A stretch of DNA of 64,000 bases from Paludibacteraceae bacterium (GCA_031292565.1 JARLGW010000011.1:273256-337255); one strand, 5' to 3'. Positions 1 to 10,523 are shown, counted from the stretch's first letter. The notes: generated by a model from the letters alone, not told the origin. Program-made: numbers and translations.

Positions 1-307
1 GAAGGAGCGATAGCCCCAGGTTTACCGCGTCCTTGTAAACGGGGCCGTGCAGGGTGAGCGTTTGGGTAGAGGGTGCTCCTTCAAAACCTACCCATTGTGA
101 GCGGTGTAGCGCGGTTATGGTTAAAGCATCCCGGCTCCCGGCGTAGGCGGGGTTTATTTCTAACGTGTTGTCCATGTAATGGGTGTACATGGCTTCCTGC
201 TGGCCAAACAGAGGGGTGCTTAGTATGAATATCAGAAAAAGGAGGAGGATATTCTTTTTCCCGCTGTCGTGTTGTTTTACCATTCTTTTCAACTGTGATG
301 TGTACAT
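1..307 (-). CDS. PorP/SprF family type IX secretion system membrane protein (N-terminal part only; gene runs off the window start)
   Basis: Not in the ORF track. The reverse complement from the ATG at 307 reads MYTSQLKRMVKQHDSGKKNILLLFLIFILSTPLFGQQEAMYTHYMDNTLEINPAYAGSRDALTITALHRSQWVGFEGAPSTQTLTLHGPVY... This closely parallels the complete PorP/SprF paralog at 54681..55664. It lies 18 nt downstream of a type-B CTD cargo gene. Confidence 0.85.
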   Translation of the reverse strand, partial: MYTSQLKRMVKQHDSGKKNILLLFLIFILSTPLFGQQEAMYTHYMDNTLEINPAYAGSRDALTITALHRSQWVGFEGAPSTQTLTLHGPVYKDAVNLGLSLL

Positions 308-325
308 TTATTTCATTGTTTTTTT

Positions 326-3300
326 TTAGCGACTAAGATATACTGATCCTTTTTTGATTTTTGATTTGTTGCCCAAATCAAGAATGTAGAAATAGGTACC
401 TATGGGTAGCGGGTCAGTGCCCATTTTCAACCCGAAATAGTTTCGCCCGTCCCATCCGTTGGCGTATGGATTGGATTCGTACACTTTGTCTCCCCATCTG
501 TTTAGTATCACGATGTGGTTGTGTGGGTATTGCTCTATGTTGTTTATCACGAAATAATCATTTACCCCGTCGCCATTTGGTGAAAATCCTTGCGGGATAT
601 ATACTTCTTCTAGCAATTCCACAATTTCCACGGTTGCGGTTGTTAATACTTCGGCACACTCGCCTGAGGCATGGATGGTATAGCTAACAATGTAGGTACC
701 TATATCGCTAGTGTTTGGGGTAATTGATCCCGTGTTGGCATCAATTGTTAACCCATCTGTCGCGCTAAAAGTTCCACCCGTTTCGCCTGTTAGCGTAACC
801 GCTTGCGGGGTGGAAATGGTGCTATAGTAGGGCGATGCCTTGTAGCTAATGCTTGCCGTGGGTGCTTCGGCTATGGTAATGGTGGTGTGTGTGCTGTAGG
901 TAGTACATCCGGTTGCATTTGTAGTGTAAGTTACCGTGTATGTGCCGGGGTTGCTGTTGCCGGGAGCTATGTCTCCGGTGCTGGTGTTGATATTCAACCC
1001 TGCTGGGGTGGCTGTGTATGCACCTCCCGTGTAATTACCCGTGCCGGATAAAATGGCTACTTGAGTTGTTTTTGCCGAACTTTTGCAAAATGAACTAACG
1101 GGATAATTGATGGTGGCGGTAGGTGCTGCATTAACTGTTACCGTAGTGGTGCTAGTACATCCGTTATTATCCTTATACGTAATAATGCTTGTTCCTGCCG
1201 CAACTCCGGTTACTGTGCCCGTGGTATTTGTTCCGCTAACAGTAGCTACTGTTGAGGAAGCCGAATTCCAAGGACTTGACGATGCGGCGGTACCAGAACC
1301 TGTTAAAGAGGTGAAACCCGTTCCGCAAATTGCCAACGTGCCGGAAATAGTTGGTAGAGTATTCTTCGTAACGGTTATGCTTGTGCGCGAACTACTGATG
1401 CAATTGGTTGTAGTATTTCGGGCTTCGGCATAATAGGTACCTGCTGTTGTGGGCGTGTAACTTAAACTATTGTTTAATAGAAGCGTTCCCCCGGTACTCA
1501 GGCTATACCAATCAACGGTTTCGCCTGTGCCGACAGTTGCGCTGATGGATGGTATTGCAGAACCGGAACAATATGATTTATTTCCTCCACTTACAGGTGC
1601 ATTGACTGGAGAACAACTGCAATTAGGAGTGGTGATGCTAACCTGTGCACTACATGTATTTGCATCTGTTACGGTAACTACAATATTAGTTCCTGTAGGG
1701 ATAGATGAAACAGACCAAACGTTTCCACTGGTGTTGGTTACTGTTCCGCTGGTGCTGGTTACATTACCTGTGCTTACGGTTACTCCCAACGAATAAGTTA
1801 ATAAATTTGTAGCACAAGCGGGCGATGTACTCACTGTTATAGTAGGTGCCGCGTTGACCGTAACGGTAGCAGTGTTAGTACACCCGTTGTTATCCTTATA
1901 GGAAATTACACTTGTTCCAGCTGCAGCCCCGGTTACTGTGCCTGTGGTACTTGTTCCGCTAACGGTGGCTACTGTGGCGGTACCCGAAGTCCAAGAGTTT
2001 GTTGTTGCTGCCGTGCCCGAACCTATTAATAAGGTGTTACCCGTCCCACAAATAGATAAAGAGCCGGAAATGGTTGGTAAGGTATTTTCCGTAACAGTTA
2101 TGCCCGTGCGCGAACTACTGGTACAATTGGTTGTAGTATTTCGGGCTTCGGCATAATAGGTGCCTATTGTTGTGGGCGTGTAACTTAAACTATTGCTCAA
2201 AAGAGCTGTCCCTCCGGTGCTTAGGCTATACCAATCAACGGTTTCGCCTGTGCCGACAGTAGCACTGATGGATGGTATTGCAGAGCTGGAACAGTATGAT
2301 TTGTTTCCTCCACTTACAGGTGCGTTCACTGGAGAACAACTGCAATTAGGTGCGTTAATGTTAACCTGTGCGCTACAAGTATTTGCATCTGTCACGGTAA
2401 CTACCACATTAGTCCCTGTTGGAATGGATGAAATAGACCAAACGTTTCCACTGGTGTTGGTTACTGTTCCGTTGGTGCAGGTTACATTGCCTGTGCTTAC
2501 GGTTACTCCTAGCGAATAGCTTACTAAATTTGTAGCACAAGCGGGTAATGTACTCACCGTTATAGTAGGCAATGAATTTACTACCGCGCTTACCGTGTTG
2601 CTGGTAGATGTGCAGCTGGTAGATGTGTTTGTGCCAATTACATAGTATCCCGTGCCACTGGAAATATTTGACCATGTTAGAGCAGAACCCGTACCAGTTA
2701 GAGCCGAACCTACGGCGGTTCCACTACTATTGTATAATTGATAGCTGACACCCGAAGTGGAAGTGCCTGATGTAATTGTGCCTGTTGTTCCACCGCAAAG
2801 CGTACTTCCGGTTAATACCAACGCGGAAGGTAACGAGTTTACTGCCACGCTTACCGTGTTGCTAGTAGAGGTACATGTTGTGGTAGTGTTTGTGCCAATT
2901 ACATAGTACCCGGTGCCCGCGGTAATACTCGACCATGTTAAAGCCGAACCGGTACCAGTTAGGGCAGAACCTACGGCGGTTCCACTACTATTGTATAATT
3001 GATAGCTGACCCCGGAAGCCGAAGTACTTGATGTAATTGAAGTGGTAACTCCCGAACAAACAGTACTTCCGGTTAATACCAACGCGGTAGGTAACGAGTT
3101 TACTACCACGCTTACCGTGTTGCTCGTAGAAGTACATGTTGTGGTAGCGTTTGTGCCAATTATATAGTATCCAGTTCCGGCTGCAATCCCCGACCAAGCT
3201 AGTGCTGAACCCGTTCCCGCCTTAGCCGAACCCACCGCTGTGTTGCTACTATTGTATAATTGATAGCTGATACCCGAAGTTGACGTACTTGATGTAATGG

Positions 3301-4261
3301 AGGAGGTGGCTCCCGAACAAATGGTGCTTCCGGTCAATACCAACGCGGTAGGCGAGGAATTTATCACCACGCTTGCCGTGTTGCTGGTAGATGTGCAGCT
3401 GGTAGATGTGTTTGTGCCAATTACATAGTATCCCGTGCCACTGGAAATATTTGACCATGTTAGAGCCGAACCTGTACCAGTTAGGGCAGAACCTACGGCG
3501 GTTCCACTGCTATTGTATAATTGATAGCTAATGCCTGAAGTAGAAGAGCTTGATGCAATTGAACCTGTTGTTCCACCACAAAGTGTACTTCCGGTTAATA
3601 CTAGTGCCGTAGGTGGGGTACATACTGGGGGGAGAGTAGTACATCCATTGTTACTGCCTGTGGCGGTACCGCTACTTGTCCATGATACAAAATCGCCATC
3701 GGAAGCTGATAGCAGACTGTTAGTGTATGACACAATACCAGAAGTACAACTACTAGCACTATTTACCAATTGTAAATATCTGTTTCCACTTGGACTATTT
3801 GCGAAATTCCCAGTTGAAGGCCACTTACTACTTGAACCTGTTCGATTAATATATACAATATAAAGGTTGCTTCCACTACATAAATTACTTATGTCGTAAC
3901 TATTGTTGAAATCGCTAGGTATAAATACCACCCTGCTATTGGCCGGTATTACGGTTGAGGAGCTTGTAACTTCGGTAAAAGTACAACTTGAGGTGATGGA
4001 GGTGGTGCCTGTTTTGGTAGTTGCATCGGCTCCTGATAATTTTGACGTTGTGCTTGTTGTTGGTGGGTTATTACTCCCATAGTACAACGTGTATGAACCT
4101 ACTGTAGCACTGGCTGTAGTGGAAAAAACCAGAAATTCATTATTACCTTCAGTGGCACCACACGCGTTAATCATAGCTCCTTCAATAACAGGGCATTGGG
4201 CGAAAATTTGCAATCCGTATAGTAAAATTGCAAAGCAAAAATAATATTTCATCAATCTCAT
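326..4261 (-). CDS. T9SS type B sorting domain-containing surface protein (gliding motility-associated C-terminal domain), repeat-rich adhesin-like
   Basis: ORF track 326..4312. The likely start is M18 (MRLMKYYFCFAILLYGLQIFAQ signal peptide). The C-terminus YIPQGFSPNGDGVNDYFVI..NRWGDKVYES..GTYFYILDLG..GSVYLSR is the CHU_C/type-B CTD. The body is made of Thr/Ser/Gly-rich Ig-like modules with tandem duplications. Confidence 0.9.
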   Translation of the reverse strand: MRLMKYYFCFAILLYGLQIFAQCPVIEGAMINACGATEGNNEFLVFSTTASATVGSYTLYYGSNNPPTTSTTSKLSGADATTKTGTTSITSSCTFTEVTSSSTVIPANSRVVFIPSDFNNSYDISNLCSGSNLYIVYINRTGSSSKWPSTGNFANSPSGNRYLQLVNSASSCTSGIVSYTNSLLSASDGDFVSWTSSGTATGSNNGCTTLPPVCTPPTALVLTGSTLCGGTTGSIASSSSTSGISYQLYNSSGTAVGSALTGTGSALTWSNISSGTGYYVIGTNTSTSCTSTSNTASVVINSSPTALVLTGSTICSGATSSITSSTSTSGISYQLYNSSNTAVGSAKAGTGSALAWSGIAAGTGYYIIGTNATTTCTSTSNTVSVVVNSLPTALVLTGSTVCSGVTTSITSSTSASGVSYQLYNSSGTAVGSALTGTGSALTWSSITAGTGYYVIGTNTTTTCTSTSNTVSVAVNSLPSALVLTGSTLCGGTTGTITSGTSTSGVSYQLYNSSGTAVGSALTGTGSALTWSNISSGTGYYVIGTNTSTSCTSTSNTVSAVVNSLPTITVSTLPACATNLVSYSLGVTVSTGNVTCTNGTVTNTSGNVWSISSIPTGTNVVVTVTDANTCSAQVNINAPNCSCSPVNAPVSGGNKSYCSSSAIPSISATVGTGETVDWYSLSTGGTALLSNSLSYTPTTIGTYYAEARNTTTNCTSSSRTGITVTENTLPTISGSLSICGTGNTLLIGSGTAATTNSWTSGTATVATVSGTSTTGTVTGAAAGTSVISYKDNNGCTNTATVTVNAAPTITVSTSPACATNLLTYSLGVTVSTGNVTSTSGTVTNTSGNVWSVSSIPTGTNIVVTVTDANTCSAQVSITTPNCSCSPVNAPVSGGNKSYCSGSAIPSISATVGTGETVDWYSLSTGGTLLLNNSLSYTPTTAGTYYAEARNTTTNCISSSRTSITVTKNTLPTISGTLAICGTGFTSLTGSGTAASSSPWNSASSTVATVSGTNTTGTVTGVAAGTSIITYKDNNGCTSTTTVTVNAAPTATINYPVSSFCKSSAKTTQVAILSGTGNYTGGAYTATPAGLNINTSTGDIAPGNSNPGTYTVTYTTNATGCTTYSTHTTITIAEAPTASISYKASPYYSTISTPQAVTLTGETGGTFSATDGLTIDANTGSITPNTSDIGTYIVSYTIHASGECAEVLTTATVEIVELLEEVYIPQGFSPNGDGVNDYFVINNIEQYPHNHIVILNRWGDKVYESNPYANGWDGRNYFGLKMGTDPLPIGTYFYILDLGNKSKIKKGSVYLSR
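1121..2566 (-). repeat. Two tandem 723-bp (241-aa) coding repeats inside the cargo gene
   Basis: The unit TITVST.PACATNL..YSLGVTVSTGNVT...VNAAP occurs twice (aa 583-823 and 824-1064). Antisense ORFs 1470..1796 and 2193..2519 are exactly 723 nt apart and near-identical. Confidence 0.9.
2570..3613 (-). repeat. Four tandem 261-bp (87-aa) coding repeats inside the cargo gene
   Basis: The unit PTALVLTGST.C.G....I.S..S.SG.SYQLYNSS.TAVGSA..GTGSAL.WS.I..GTGYY.IGTN..T.CTSTSNT.S...NS. occurs 4 times (aa 234-581). Units 1 and 4 share long identical stretches; the spurious ORFs 3249..3458 and 2409..2675 start with identical peptides. Confidence 0.9.
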
Positions 4262-4558
4262 ATCTTCAGTAATATAGAGTTGTTTCCCTGTTTTGTTTTT
4301 AAAACAGAACATGTTGTTAAATAAAAACTTAATGTTGATTTTTTCTAGAAAATCATAGAGTCACAAAAGTATTCTGCACATGCTACAAGAATATTTCTAA
4401 TAAAATACAATCTTGCCACTCATTCTTATTTAACACATTCTTTTTTATAAAATGAATTTCAAATACACCACGATTGTATTACAATTCAGTTCGGCTATTG
4501 AAACAAATATTTCAACTACATGTAATCTTATATTGATAAGGCTGAAAAAACGGATGCC

Positions 4559-4566
4559 TAATTTTG
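4559..4566 (+). promoter_or_regulatory. Candidate Bacteroidota -7 promoter box (TAATTTTG) for the GT4 gene
   Basis: Matches TAnnTTTG. It sits about 29 nt upstream of the ATG at 4595. Confidence 0.4.
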
Positions 4567-4594
4567 ACCAATCTTTTATAAATCCGAAGATGTT

Positions 4595-5770
4595 ATGAAG
4601 AAAGAAAAAAATTACGTGGGTATTTTTAATGATACCTTTCCGCCTATCATGGATGGTGTAGCCGTTTGTGTTAATAATTACGCACATTGGTTGAATAAGG
4701 GCGACTGGCAGTCGTGCGTGGTAACGCCCGATATGCCCAAGCACAAGGATGAGGCCGATTTTACCATTTACCGCTATCCGTCTATTCCGTTATTTGTGCG
4801 AAAGCCGTATAGGATTGGCTTGCCCGACCTTAACCCGATGATGATAAAGGATATTTCGGTTCTGCCTTACGACATTATTCATTCTCATTGCCCGTTTACT
4901 TCTGGGCTGTTGGCCTTGCGTATTGCTAAAGCGCGTAAGGTACCTTTGGTAACTACTTTTCATAGTAAGTTCAGGGATAATTTCGAACAAATGATTCCTT
5001 CCAAAAAAATCGTAGATCTTTTGGTTCGTCAGGTCATCACTTATTTTGATGCTGCCGATGAGGTGTGGATACCACAAGCATCGGTGGAAGAAACCTTGCG
5101 AGAATATGGCTACAAGGGCAAAGTGGAAGTGGTGGAAAACGGTGTGGATGTGGTGGATATGCAAGTAAATGTGTGGCAATATAAACAGGAAAGCCGAAGG
5201 AACCTGAACTTACAACCGCACGATTTTGTATTACTTTTTGTGGGGCAACATATTTTGGAGAAGAATTTGCGTTTTTTGATAGAATCTCTGTCTTTGCTGC
5301 CTGAGGTAAAATTCAAGATGTATTTTATTGGCACCGGATATGCCGAGAAAGAGTTGCATGCGCTTGTAAAAGAATTGCATTTGGATGAAAAGGTAACTTT
5401 TCTGGGGCAGGTGTTAGACCGCCCCTTGCTAAAGCAATATTATGCCGCCGCCGATTTATTTCTATTTCCTTCGTTGTACGATAATGCCCCGCTGGTGGTA
5501 CGCGAAGCTGCATCAATGGGCACCCCGTCGTTATTGCTTAAAGAATCCACTTGCGCGGGTATCGTGACCGACAATGTGAATGGGTTCCTAGCCTCGTCAA
5601 GTACGATAGCTTACGCGGAACGGATACGCCAGTTGCAGGCGGAAAAACTGCTCGTGGAAAGAGTCGGCTTGGCTTCCGTTAATTCTATTTGTCGCAGTTG
5701 GGAAAATATCTTGGAAGAGGTGAAAGACCGTTATGCTTCGTTAATAAAGCGTTACGAACGGTATAATTAA
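4595..5770 (+). CDS. Glycosyltransferase family 4 (GT-B, group 1)
   Basis: 391 aa. The N-terminal FPPIMDGVA motif and the C-terminal EAASMGTPSLL-type motif are typical of GT4 enzymes. Confidence 0.8.
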   Translation: MKKEKNYVGIFNDTFPPIMDGVAVCVNNYAHWLNKGDWQSCVVTPDMPKHKDEADFTIYRYPSIPLFVRKPYRIGLPDLNPMMIKDISVLPYDIIHSHCPFTSGLLALRIAKARKVPLVTTFHSKFRDNFEQMIPSKKIVDLLVRQVITYFDAADEVWIPQASVEETLREYGYKGKVEVVENGVDVVDMQVNVWQYKQESRRNLNLQPHDFVLLFVGQHILEKNLRFLIESLSLLPEVKFKMYFIGTGYAEKELHALVKELHLDEKVTFLGQVLDRPLLKQYYAAADLFLFPSLYDNAPLVVREAASMGTPSLLLKESTCAGIVTDNVNGFLASSSTIAYAERIRQLQAEKLLVERVGLASVNSICRSWENILEEVKDRYASLIKRYERYN

Positions 5771-5790
5771 AAAATTTAGCCCTCCTAAAT

Positions 5791-5834
5791 AAAAAAGACA
5801 AGGGTGATATGCAGCTATCGCCCTTGTCTTTTTT
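5791..5834. terminator. Bidirectional rho-independent terminator between convergent genes
   Basis: The sequence AAAAAAGACAAGGGTGAT-ATGCAGCT-ATCGCCCTTGTCTTTTTT forms a hairpin flanked by A and T runs. Confidence 0.8.
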
Positions 5835-5849
5835 ATTTAAAATACGAAT

Positions 5850-8279
5850 TTATTCAAACTTAATGTCCTTGGTGGCAAACGCTGCATTAAGTTGCAGCAT
5901 AGCTTCGCTTTTAACCACATCCACGTGGGCTATGGTACTCCAAAACTTCACCGTGAGCCAGCAGGCATCTTGATTTACCTTGGTGTATAGTATCACAGGT
6001 TTTCGTTTTGAAATCACATTCGGAATAGTTTGAAGTGTTTCGTTAATCAGCTCGTTAATCATGTTGGAGTCCAACTCTTTGCCCGACAGTGAAAATTCTA
6101 TCATCACCCGTCGTTGATCGTTGCTGAACGTCCAGTTTACGATGTTTTGCGATAAAATATTTCCATTCGGAATTATCACTTCCGCACCATCCGCCGTGTT
6201 AAGCGTGCTGGCACGTAGGCCTATTTCTTTCACTTTGCCCGCTTGTCCGCTTACCTCTATTTCATCACCAATCTGTAATGAGCCGTCGAAAATAAGAATA
6301 ATACCGGACACGAAGTTGTTCACCACGTTTTGCAAGCCCATACCGATACCTACACCTAATGCACCGATTAAGAAGGTGAGTTTATCAATAGGCAACCCCG
6401 ATGCCGCGATAGCCAGTAGGTAACCGCCAATAAGAACCAATAACCGCGTGATAAGCAACTTAGAGTGTTGCCCTTTATTGGCCGATGTTACATCTTCCAA
6501 ATCGGAACCTGTTTCGCCAAACATAAAGCTGATAAGCCGTTGTAAAACATGTGCAAACCAAATAATAACGAAGAATAGCAACACACTGATAAGTTGGAAG
6601 GAGATGCTTCCTATGGTACGTGTTTCTGTTAGCATCGTTACTATGCCGTTGCTTATACTATGGTATATATTTAGGTTGGACGAAAGCATGATAGCCCAAA
6701 GTATAATCGTAATGATGGCAAATGGTATTTTTACCTTTTTCACTACAAGGGTAGGATCAAAAGGTTTGGTTATGCCTTTTTTCAATCGGCTGTTTTGCAA
6801 TTGCAGTAGAATAATTTCGATAAATGTTTCGATAAATACAGGTAGCACTACCGCTTGCGTGATGGCAAATATACCTGCCACGCCAAAGATGCCCGCCAAG
6901 GAAAATCGTCCGAATAAATTACAGATAACGCCCAGGCCGGTGATGATAATTCCTATTACGGTTGCAGCCCTAATCCATTTGTAGTAAGCTATTTCTTTGT
7001 CCAGTTTTTTATGGAATAAAATGGCGAAAAATATGATGCCTACATGTACAGCCAATAGCCATAACCTCTCTATAAAGGTAGGCTCTATCAATAAATAGGT
7101 AACGGTGTTAACCACCAGTAGTACAACTAAAGCCAACCAAATAAGCCAAAAAGATCGTTTCCATCTTTTGAAGAAAACAACGGAGGCAACGGTTAGTAAT
7201 ATTAAATATTCAATGGCCACGTAGGATGTTGGTGCATAAGCATCAAAGAAAGGCATCAAGCATAATAATAACACTAATAAAGCTAAAACAGGATGGTTGT
7301 TCAAATAATACAGGTGCAGAAAGCTGAACCCGTTGTTTTCATCTTTAAGCGTTTTTACCTGCTTCCGTTTGAAGAATAGCCATACAAAAAGCAAAATGGC
7401 TAAAAAAACCACAAAGACCCGTTGCCCGGATGTTTGGCTGAAATAGTATCCGATGGCCTTTTGCTCGTTACCGAATATGCTCGTTGCTTTGTTTGACGCT
7501 TTATTGGTTGTTGTATCCGGTTTTTCCTGTTGCCATAAGCAGTTTGTTTCGGGGCCGAAAAGTTGTTTGTTCGCCTTGTCCAATTTTGAGTTCATCATGC
7601 TTAGCATGTTGGACAGGTTGATAGAGTTATCCGCTATTTTTATTTTCAACGCATTGATTGTGTCTATATTAGCTTTTATTGTGCTGTCGGTTCTATTCCA
7701 TTTGCGTTCTAGTTTGGTTAGCTTTTTGTCAAATGATTTTTGAAGTACCGTGTCGGCATATAACACACGGAACACCGAATCATTCAAGGCAGCTTTTAAT
7801 TGCAATTTAGCATGATAAACCCGGTTATATATTTTGCTCAGATGATTTTTGTCTCGATCCGTTTCATTATCCAAATTCGTGGTGAAGCTTTGGTATAAGT
7901 ATAAGTTTTTGATGTTAACCACATTCTGTTTTCCTCTTATATTCTGGCGTATTAAATTGATGTCATTGGCTGTTTCATCAACTTTTCGTCCCATGCCAAA
8001 TACTCCAAATTCTAACTTGGCACTATCTCGGATGGCATTCAACTTGTCGTTGACTCGCTCTATACTCATCATATAGTCGCTGGAGGTAAGCGTGTCCGCT
8101 GCTTTTATCAACTTGTCGTGTTTGTGTCGTTTGCTCCCATCATCCTTTGGGTTAGCAGTGCTATCCGGCATGCCTGCATTTTCAGTAGGGACATCAAGCT
8201 TGTTATGCTTATGTTTTGGCTGTGCATAAATGCTTAGAACAGAAAATGTAAGGGCGAAAATAAATACGAATCGTTTCAT
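5850..8279 (-). CDS. Mechanosensitive ion channel family protein (MscS domain, MscK/KefA-like architecture)
   Basis: The C-terminal LGVGIGMGLQNVVNNFVSGIILIFDGSLQIGDEIEV..GKVKEIGLRAS MscS signature follows about 10 TM segments and an N-terminal coiled-coil domain. The start is moved to M19 (MKRFVFIFALTFSVLSIYAQ signal). Confidence 0.85.
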   Translation of the reverse strand: MKRFVFIFALTFSVLSIYAQPKHKHNKLDVPTENAGMPDSTANPKDDGSKRHKHDKLIKAADTLTSSDYMMSIERVNDKLNAIRDSAKLEFGVFGMGRKVDETANDINLIRQNIRGKQNVVNIKNLYLYQSFTTNLDNETDRDKNHLSKIYNRVYHAKLQLKAALNDSVFRVLYADTVLQKSFDKKLTKLERKWNRTDSTIKANIDTINALKIKIADNSINLSNMLSMMNSKLDKANKQLFGPETNCLWQQEKPDTTTNKASNKATSIFGNEQKAIGYYFSQTSGQRVFVVFLAILLFVWLFFKRKQVKTLKDENNGFSFLHLYYLNNHPVLALLVLLLCLMPFFDAYAPTSYVAIEYLILLTVASVVFFKRWKRSFWLIWLALVVLLVVNTVTYLLIEPTFIERLWLLAVHVGIIFFAILFHKKLDKEIAYYKWIRAATVIGIIITGLGVICNLFGRFSLAGIFGVAGIFAITQAVVLPVFIETFIEIILLQLQNSRLKKGITKPFDPTLVVKKVKIPFAIITIILWAIMLSSNLNIYHSISNGIVTMLTETRTIGSISFQLISVLLFFVIIWFAHVLQRLISFMFGETGSDLEDVTSANKGQHSKLLITRLLVLIGGYLLAIAASGLPIDKLTFLIGALGVGIGMGLQNVVNNFVSGIILIFDGSLQIGDEIEVSGQAGKVKEIGLRASTLNTADGAEVIIPNGNILSQNIVNWTFSNDQRRVMIEFSLSGKELDSNMINELINETLQTIPNVISKRKPVILYTKVNQDACWLTVKFWSTIAHVDVVKSEAMLQLNAAFATKDIKFE

Positions 8280-8462
8280 GCAATACCTGTTTTTAGAATA
8301 CATAACATATTGTGTATCGGGATATCCAAGCATTGAGAGATAGGTTGGATAACGAGAGCCAAAGTTACTAATTTATATAGATTGGATGTTTTTCATAACC
8401 ATAAAGATTTTTGATTTTGAAAAAAAATTATAGTTGATTATTGTAAAACGAATTAAATTAAT

Positions 8463-8494
8463 AAGGACAATAACCACTCACGGTTATTGTCCTT
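8463..8494 (-). terminator. Hairpin terminator downstream of the macB-like permease
   Basis: The hairpin is AAGGACAATAACC-ACTCAC-GGTTATTGTCCTT. It lies 25 nt after the stop codon at 8519. Confidence 0.65.
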
Positions 8495-8518
8495 TTCTTT
8501 TTGCTGTTATTCATATAA

Positions 8519-9739
8519 TTATTCGTATCGTAAAGCATCAATAGGATCCAGGCGGGAGGCTTTTTGAGCCGGGTACCACCCGAAGAAGATACCGATAACC
8601 GTGCACACCAGAAACGACATGATAACCGAATTGCTCGTAACCACGGTAGGCCAGTTGGCCAACGAGGTAATTATTTTAGCCGAGGAGATTCCTAATATAA
8701 TGCCAATAATACCCCCCACCACACTAAGGAGCATGGCTTCGGACAGGAATTGCATCAGTATATCAAAACTTTGCGCCCCGATAGCCATACGCAACCCGAT
8801 TTCTCGGGTACGTTCGGTTACGGATACATACATGATGTTCATAATACCTATACCGCCTATTAATAGCGAGATACCGGCAATAGCACCAAGCAACATGGAA
8901 AGCATATCACTTATGGAGGTGAACATTTTTACTAATTCGGCTTGCGAACGCACTTCAAAGTCGTTAGCATCCCCTGTTTTTAATTTATGTCGGGTTCTAA
9001 GCACAGTTTCTATTTGAGTCATGGCATCAGCCGAAGCAGCTTCGCTAAGAGCCGATGTTACAATGGTTTGTACGTGTGTGATAGCCAGGATTCTTTTTTG
9101 CACCGTGCTATAGGGAGCCAGTATTACATCATCTTGATCTTGCCCGAATGAGTTTTCGCCTTTAGGCTCCAGCACGCCTATTACCTGCATTGGTATGCTT
9201 TTGAAACGGATGGTATATCCTATGGGGTTCACGTTTTCACCAAACAAATTTTTAATTACCGTTTTGCCTAACAAGCAGACTTTAGCCGCCGAACGCACTT
9301 CTTTGTCCGTGAAAATCCGTCCGTCCGTAATCTTTGTCTTTTTTATGTCTAGGTATTCGGGGCTTACGCCGTAAATGGTAGAGGGGGCGTTTGATTTGGC
9401 ATAAATAACCTGTCCGCTGCTGCGTACTTCGGGTGATACCAGGCTTACCGCGTCGCATTCCTCTGAGATAGCTTTGGCATCATCCACCGTTAGCTTTTTA
9501 CTGTCGTCGTTACCCAACTGAACGCCTCCTCTGGATTGTGAACTAGGCATCACCATCACCATGTTGGAACCCATGCTGGATACTTGGTTTTCGATGCTTA
9601 GCTTGGAGCCTTGCCCGATAGCCAACATGGCTATAACCGAACCGATACCGATAATGATACCCAACATGGTAAGGAATGATCGGAATTTATTTCGTAGCAG
9701 AGCCCTAGTGGATACTTTTATAAGGTTGGAATAGTTCAT
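8519..9739 (-). CDS. ABC transporter permease, MacB/FtsX type
   Basis: 406 aa. It has an N-terminal TM segment, a large periplasmic domain and a C-terminal FtsX-type 3-TM domain (..TERTREIGLRMAIGA..). Confidence 0.9.
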   Translation of the reverse strand: MNYSNLIKVSTRALLRNKFRSFLTMLGIIIGIGSVIAMLAIGQGSKLSIENQVSSMGSNMVMVMPSSQSRGGVQLGNDDSKKLTVDDAKAISEECDAVSLVSPEVRSSGQVIYAKSNAPSTIYGVSPEYLDIKKTKITDGRIFTDKEVRSAAKVCLLGKTVIKNLFGENVNPIGYTIRFKSIPMQVIGVLEPKGENSFGQDQDDVILAPYSTVQKRILAITHVQTIVTSALSEAASADAMTQIETVLRTRHKLKTGDANDFEVRSQAELVKMFTSISDMLSMLLGAIAGISLLIGGIGIMNIMYVSVTERTREIGLRMAIGAQSFDILMQFLSEAMLLSVVGGIIGIILGISSAKIITSLANWPTVVTSNSVIMSFLVCTVIGIFFGWYPAQKASRLDPIDALRYE

Positions 9740-9773
9740 ACTGTTATTTTTAATAAGTTGTTTCTAAACGAAT

Positions 9774-10523
9774 TTATTCATAATCCGTGTTGATAGGCAT
9801 GTTGTTTAGTAATTCGCGGGCATTACCACGAGGATCCACCATTTGCTCTTTGATAATGTGTCCGTCGCGAAACACCACGTTGCGGGTGGTAAAGCGGGCT
9901 ATGTCCGGTTCGTGGGTTACAAACACGATGGTTTTCCCTTTCGCGTTCAGCTCCTGAAACAGCGACATTACTTCGTATGAGGTTCGGGTATCCAGATTTC
10001 CGGTAGCCTCATCGGCAAAAATCACCACGGGGTCGTTTACTAGCGAGCGCGCTATGGCTACCCGTTGTTGTTGTCCGCCCGAAAGCTGGTTGGGCGTGTG
10101 GTGCATCCTGTCAGCCAGTCCTACCGATTCTAATGCCTGCATGGCAATTTCCCTCCGCTCTTTGGCTTTTATCTCGGGGTTGTAGAATAAGGGTAACTCT
10201 ACGTTTTCGATAGCCGAGGTACGAGGTAATAAATTGTAGGACTGAAAAACAAAACCGAGCTTTTTATTCCGAAGCGAGGCCAGTTCGTTTTTTGATAAGC
10301 CGGCCACTGCAATTCCATCGAGCCAATATTCGCCCGCCGTGGGTTTATCCAGGCAGCCCAATATGTTGAGCATGGTCGATTTGCCCGAACCACTGGTACC
10401 CATGATGGCTACAAACTCGCCTTGCTCTATGGTAAGGTCGATGCCACGCAATGCACGCACGGTGATGTCACCCACGTGGAATTCTTTGCGTAAGCCTTTT
10501 ACCTCTAATATTTTTTTTGCCAT
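9774..10523 (-). CDS. ABC transporter ATP-binding protein, MacB/LolD type
   Basis: Walker [13 protein letters not shown] signature [13 protein letters not shown] and Walker [13 protein letters not shown] are all present. Confidence 0.95.
   Translation of the reverse strand: MAKKILEVKGLRKEFHVGDITVRALRGIDLTIEQGEFVAIMGTSGSGKSTMLNILGCLDKPTAGEYWLDGIAVAGLSKNELASLRNKKLGFVFQSYNLLPRTSAIENVELPLFYNPEIKAKERREIAMQALESVGLADRMHHTPNQLSGGQQQRVAIARSLVNDPVVIFADEATGNLDTRTSYEVMSLFQELNAKGKTIVFVTHEPDIARFTTRNVVFRDGHIIKEQMVDPRGNARELLNNMPINTDYE

Noticed and set aside
361-3863. A series of 70-110-aa plus-strand ORFs (e.g. 1107..1433, 1470..1796, 1938..2156, 2193..2519, 3531..3863) and minus-strand off-frame ORFs (2409..2675, 2988..3197, 3249..3458) inside the cargo gene.
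   Set aside because: They recur with the 723-bp and 261-bp repeat periods of the host gene. They have low-complexity V/P/T-rich translations and lie wholly inside a well-supported 1300-aa CDS. They are repeat-generated artefacts.
8280-8333. N-terminal extensions given by the ORF track (also 13220..13294, 21538..21567, 24758..24844, 25114..25314, 42780..42815, 46877..47020, 33375..33416).
   Set aside because: In each case an internal Met starts a canonical signal peptide or family N-terminus. The extension is either AT-rich or junk sequence, or it overlaps a repeat, a terminator or the upstream gene.
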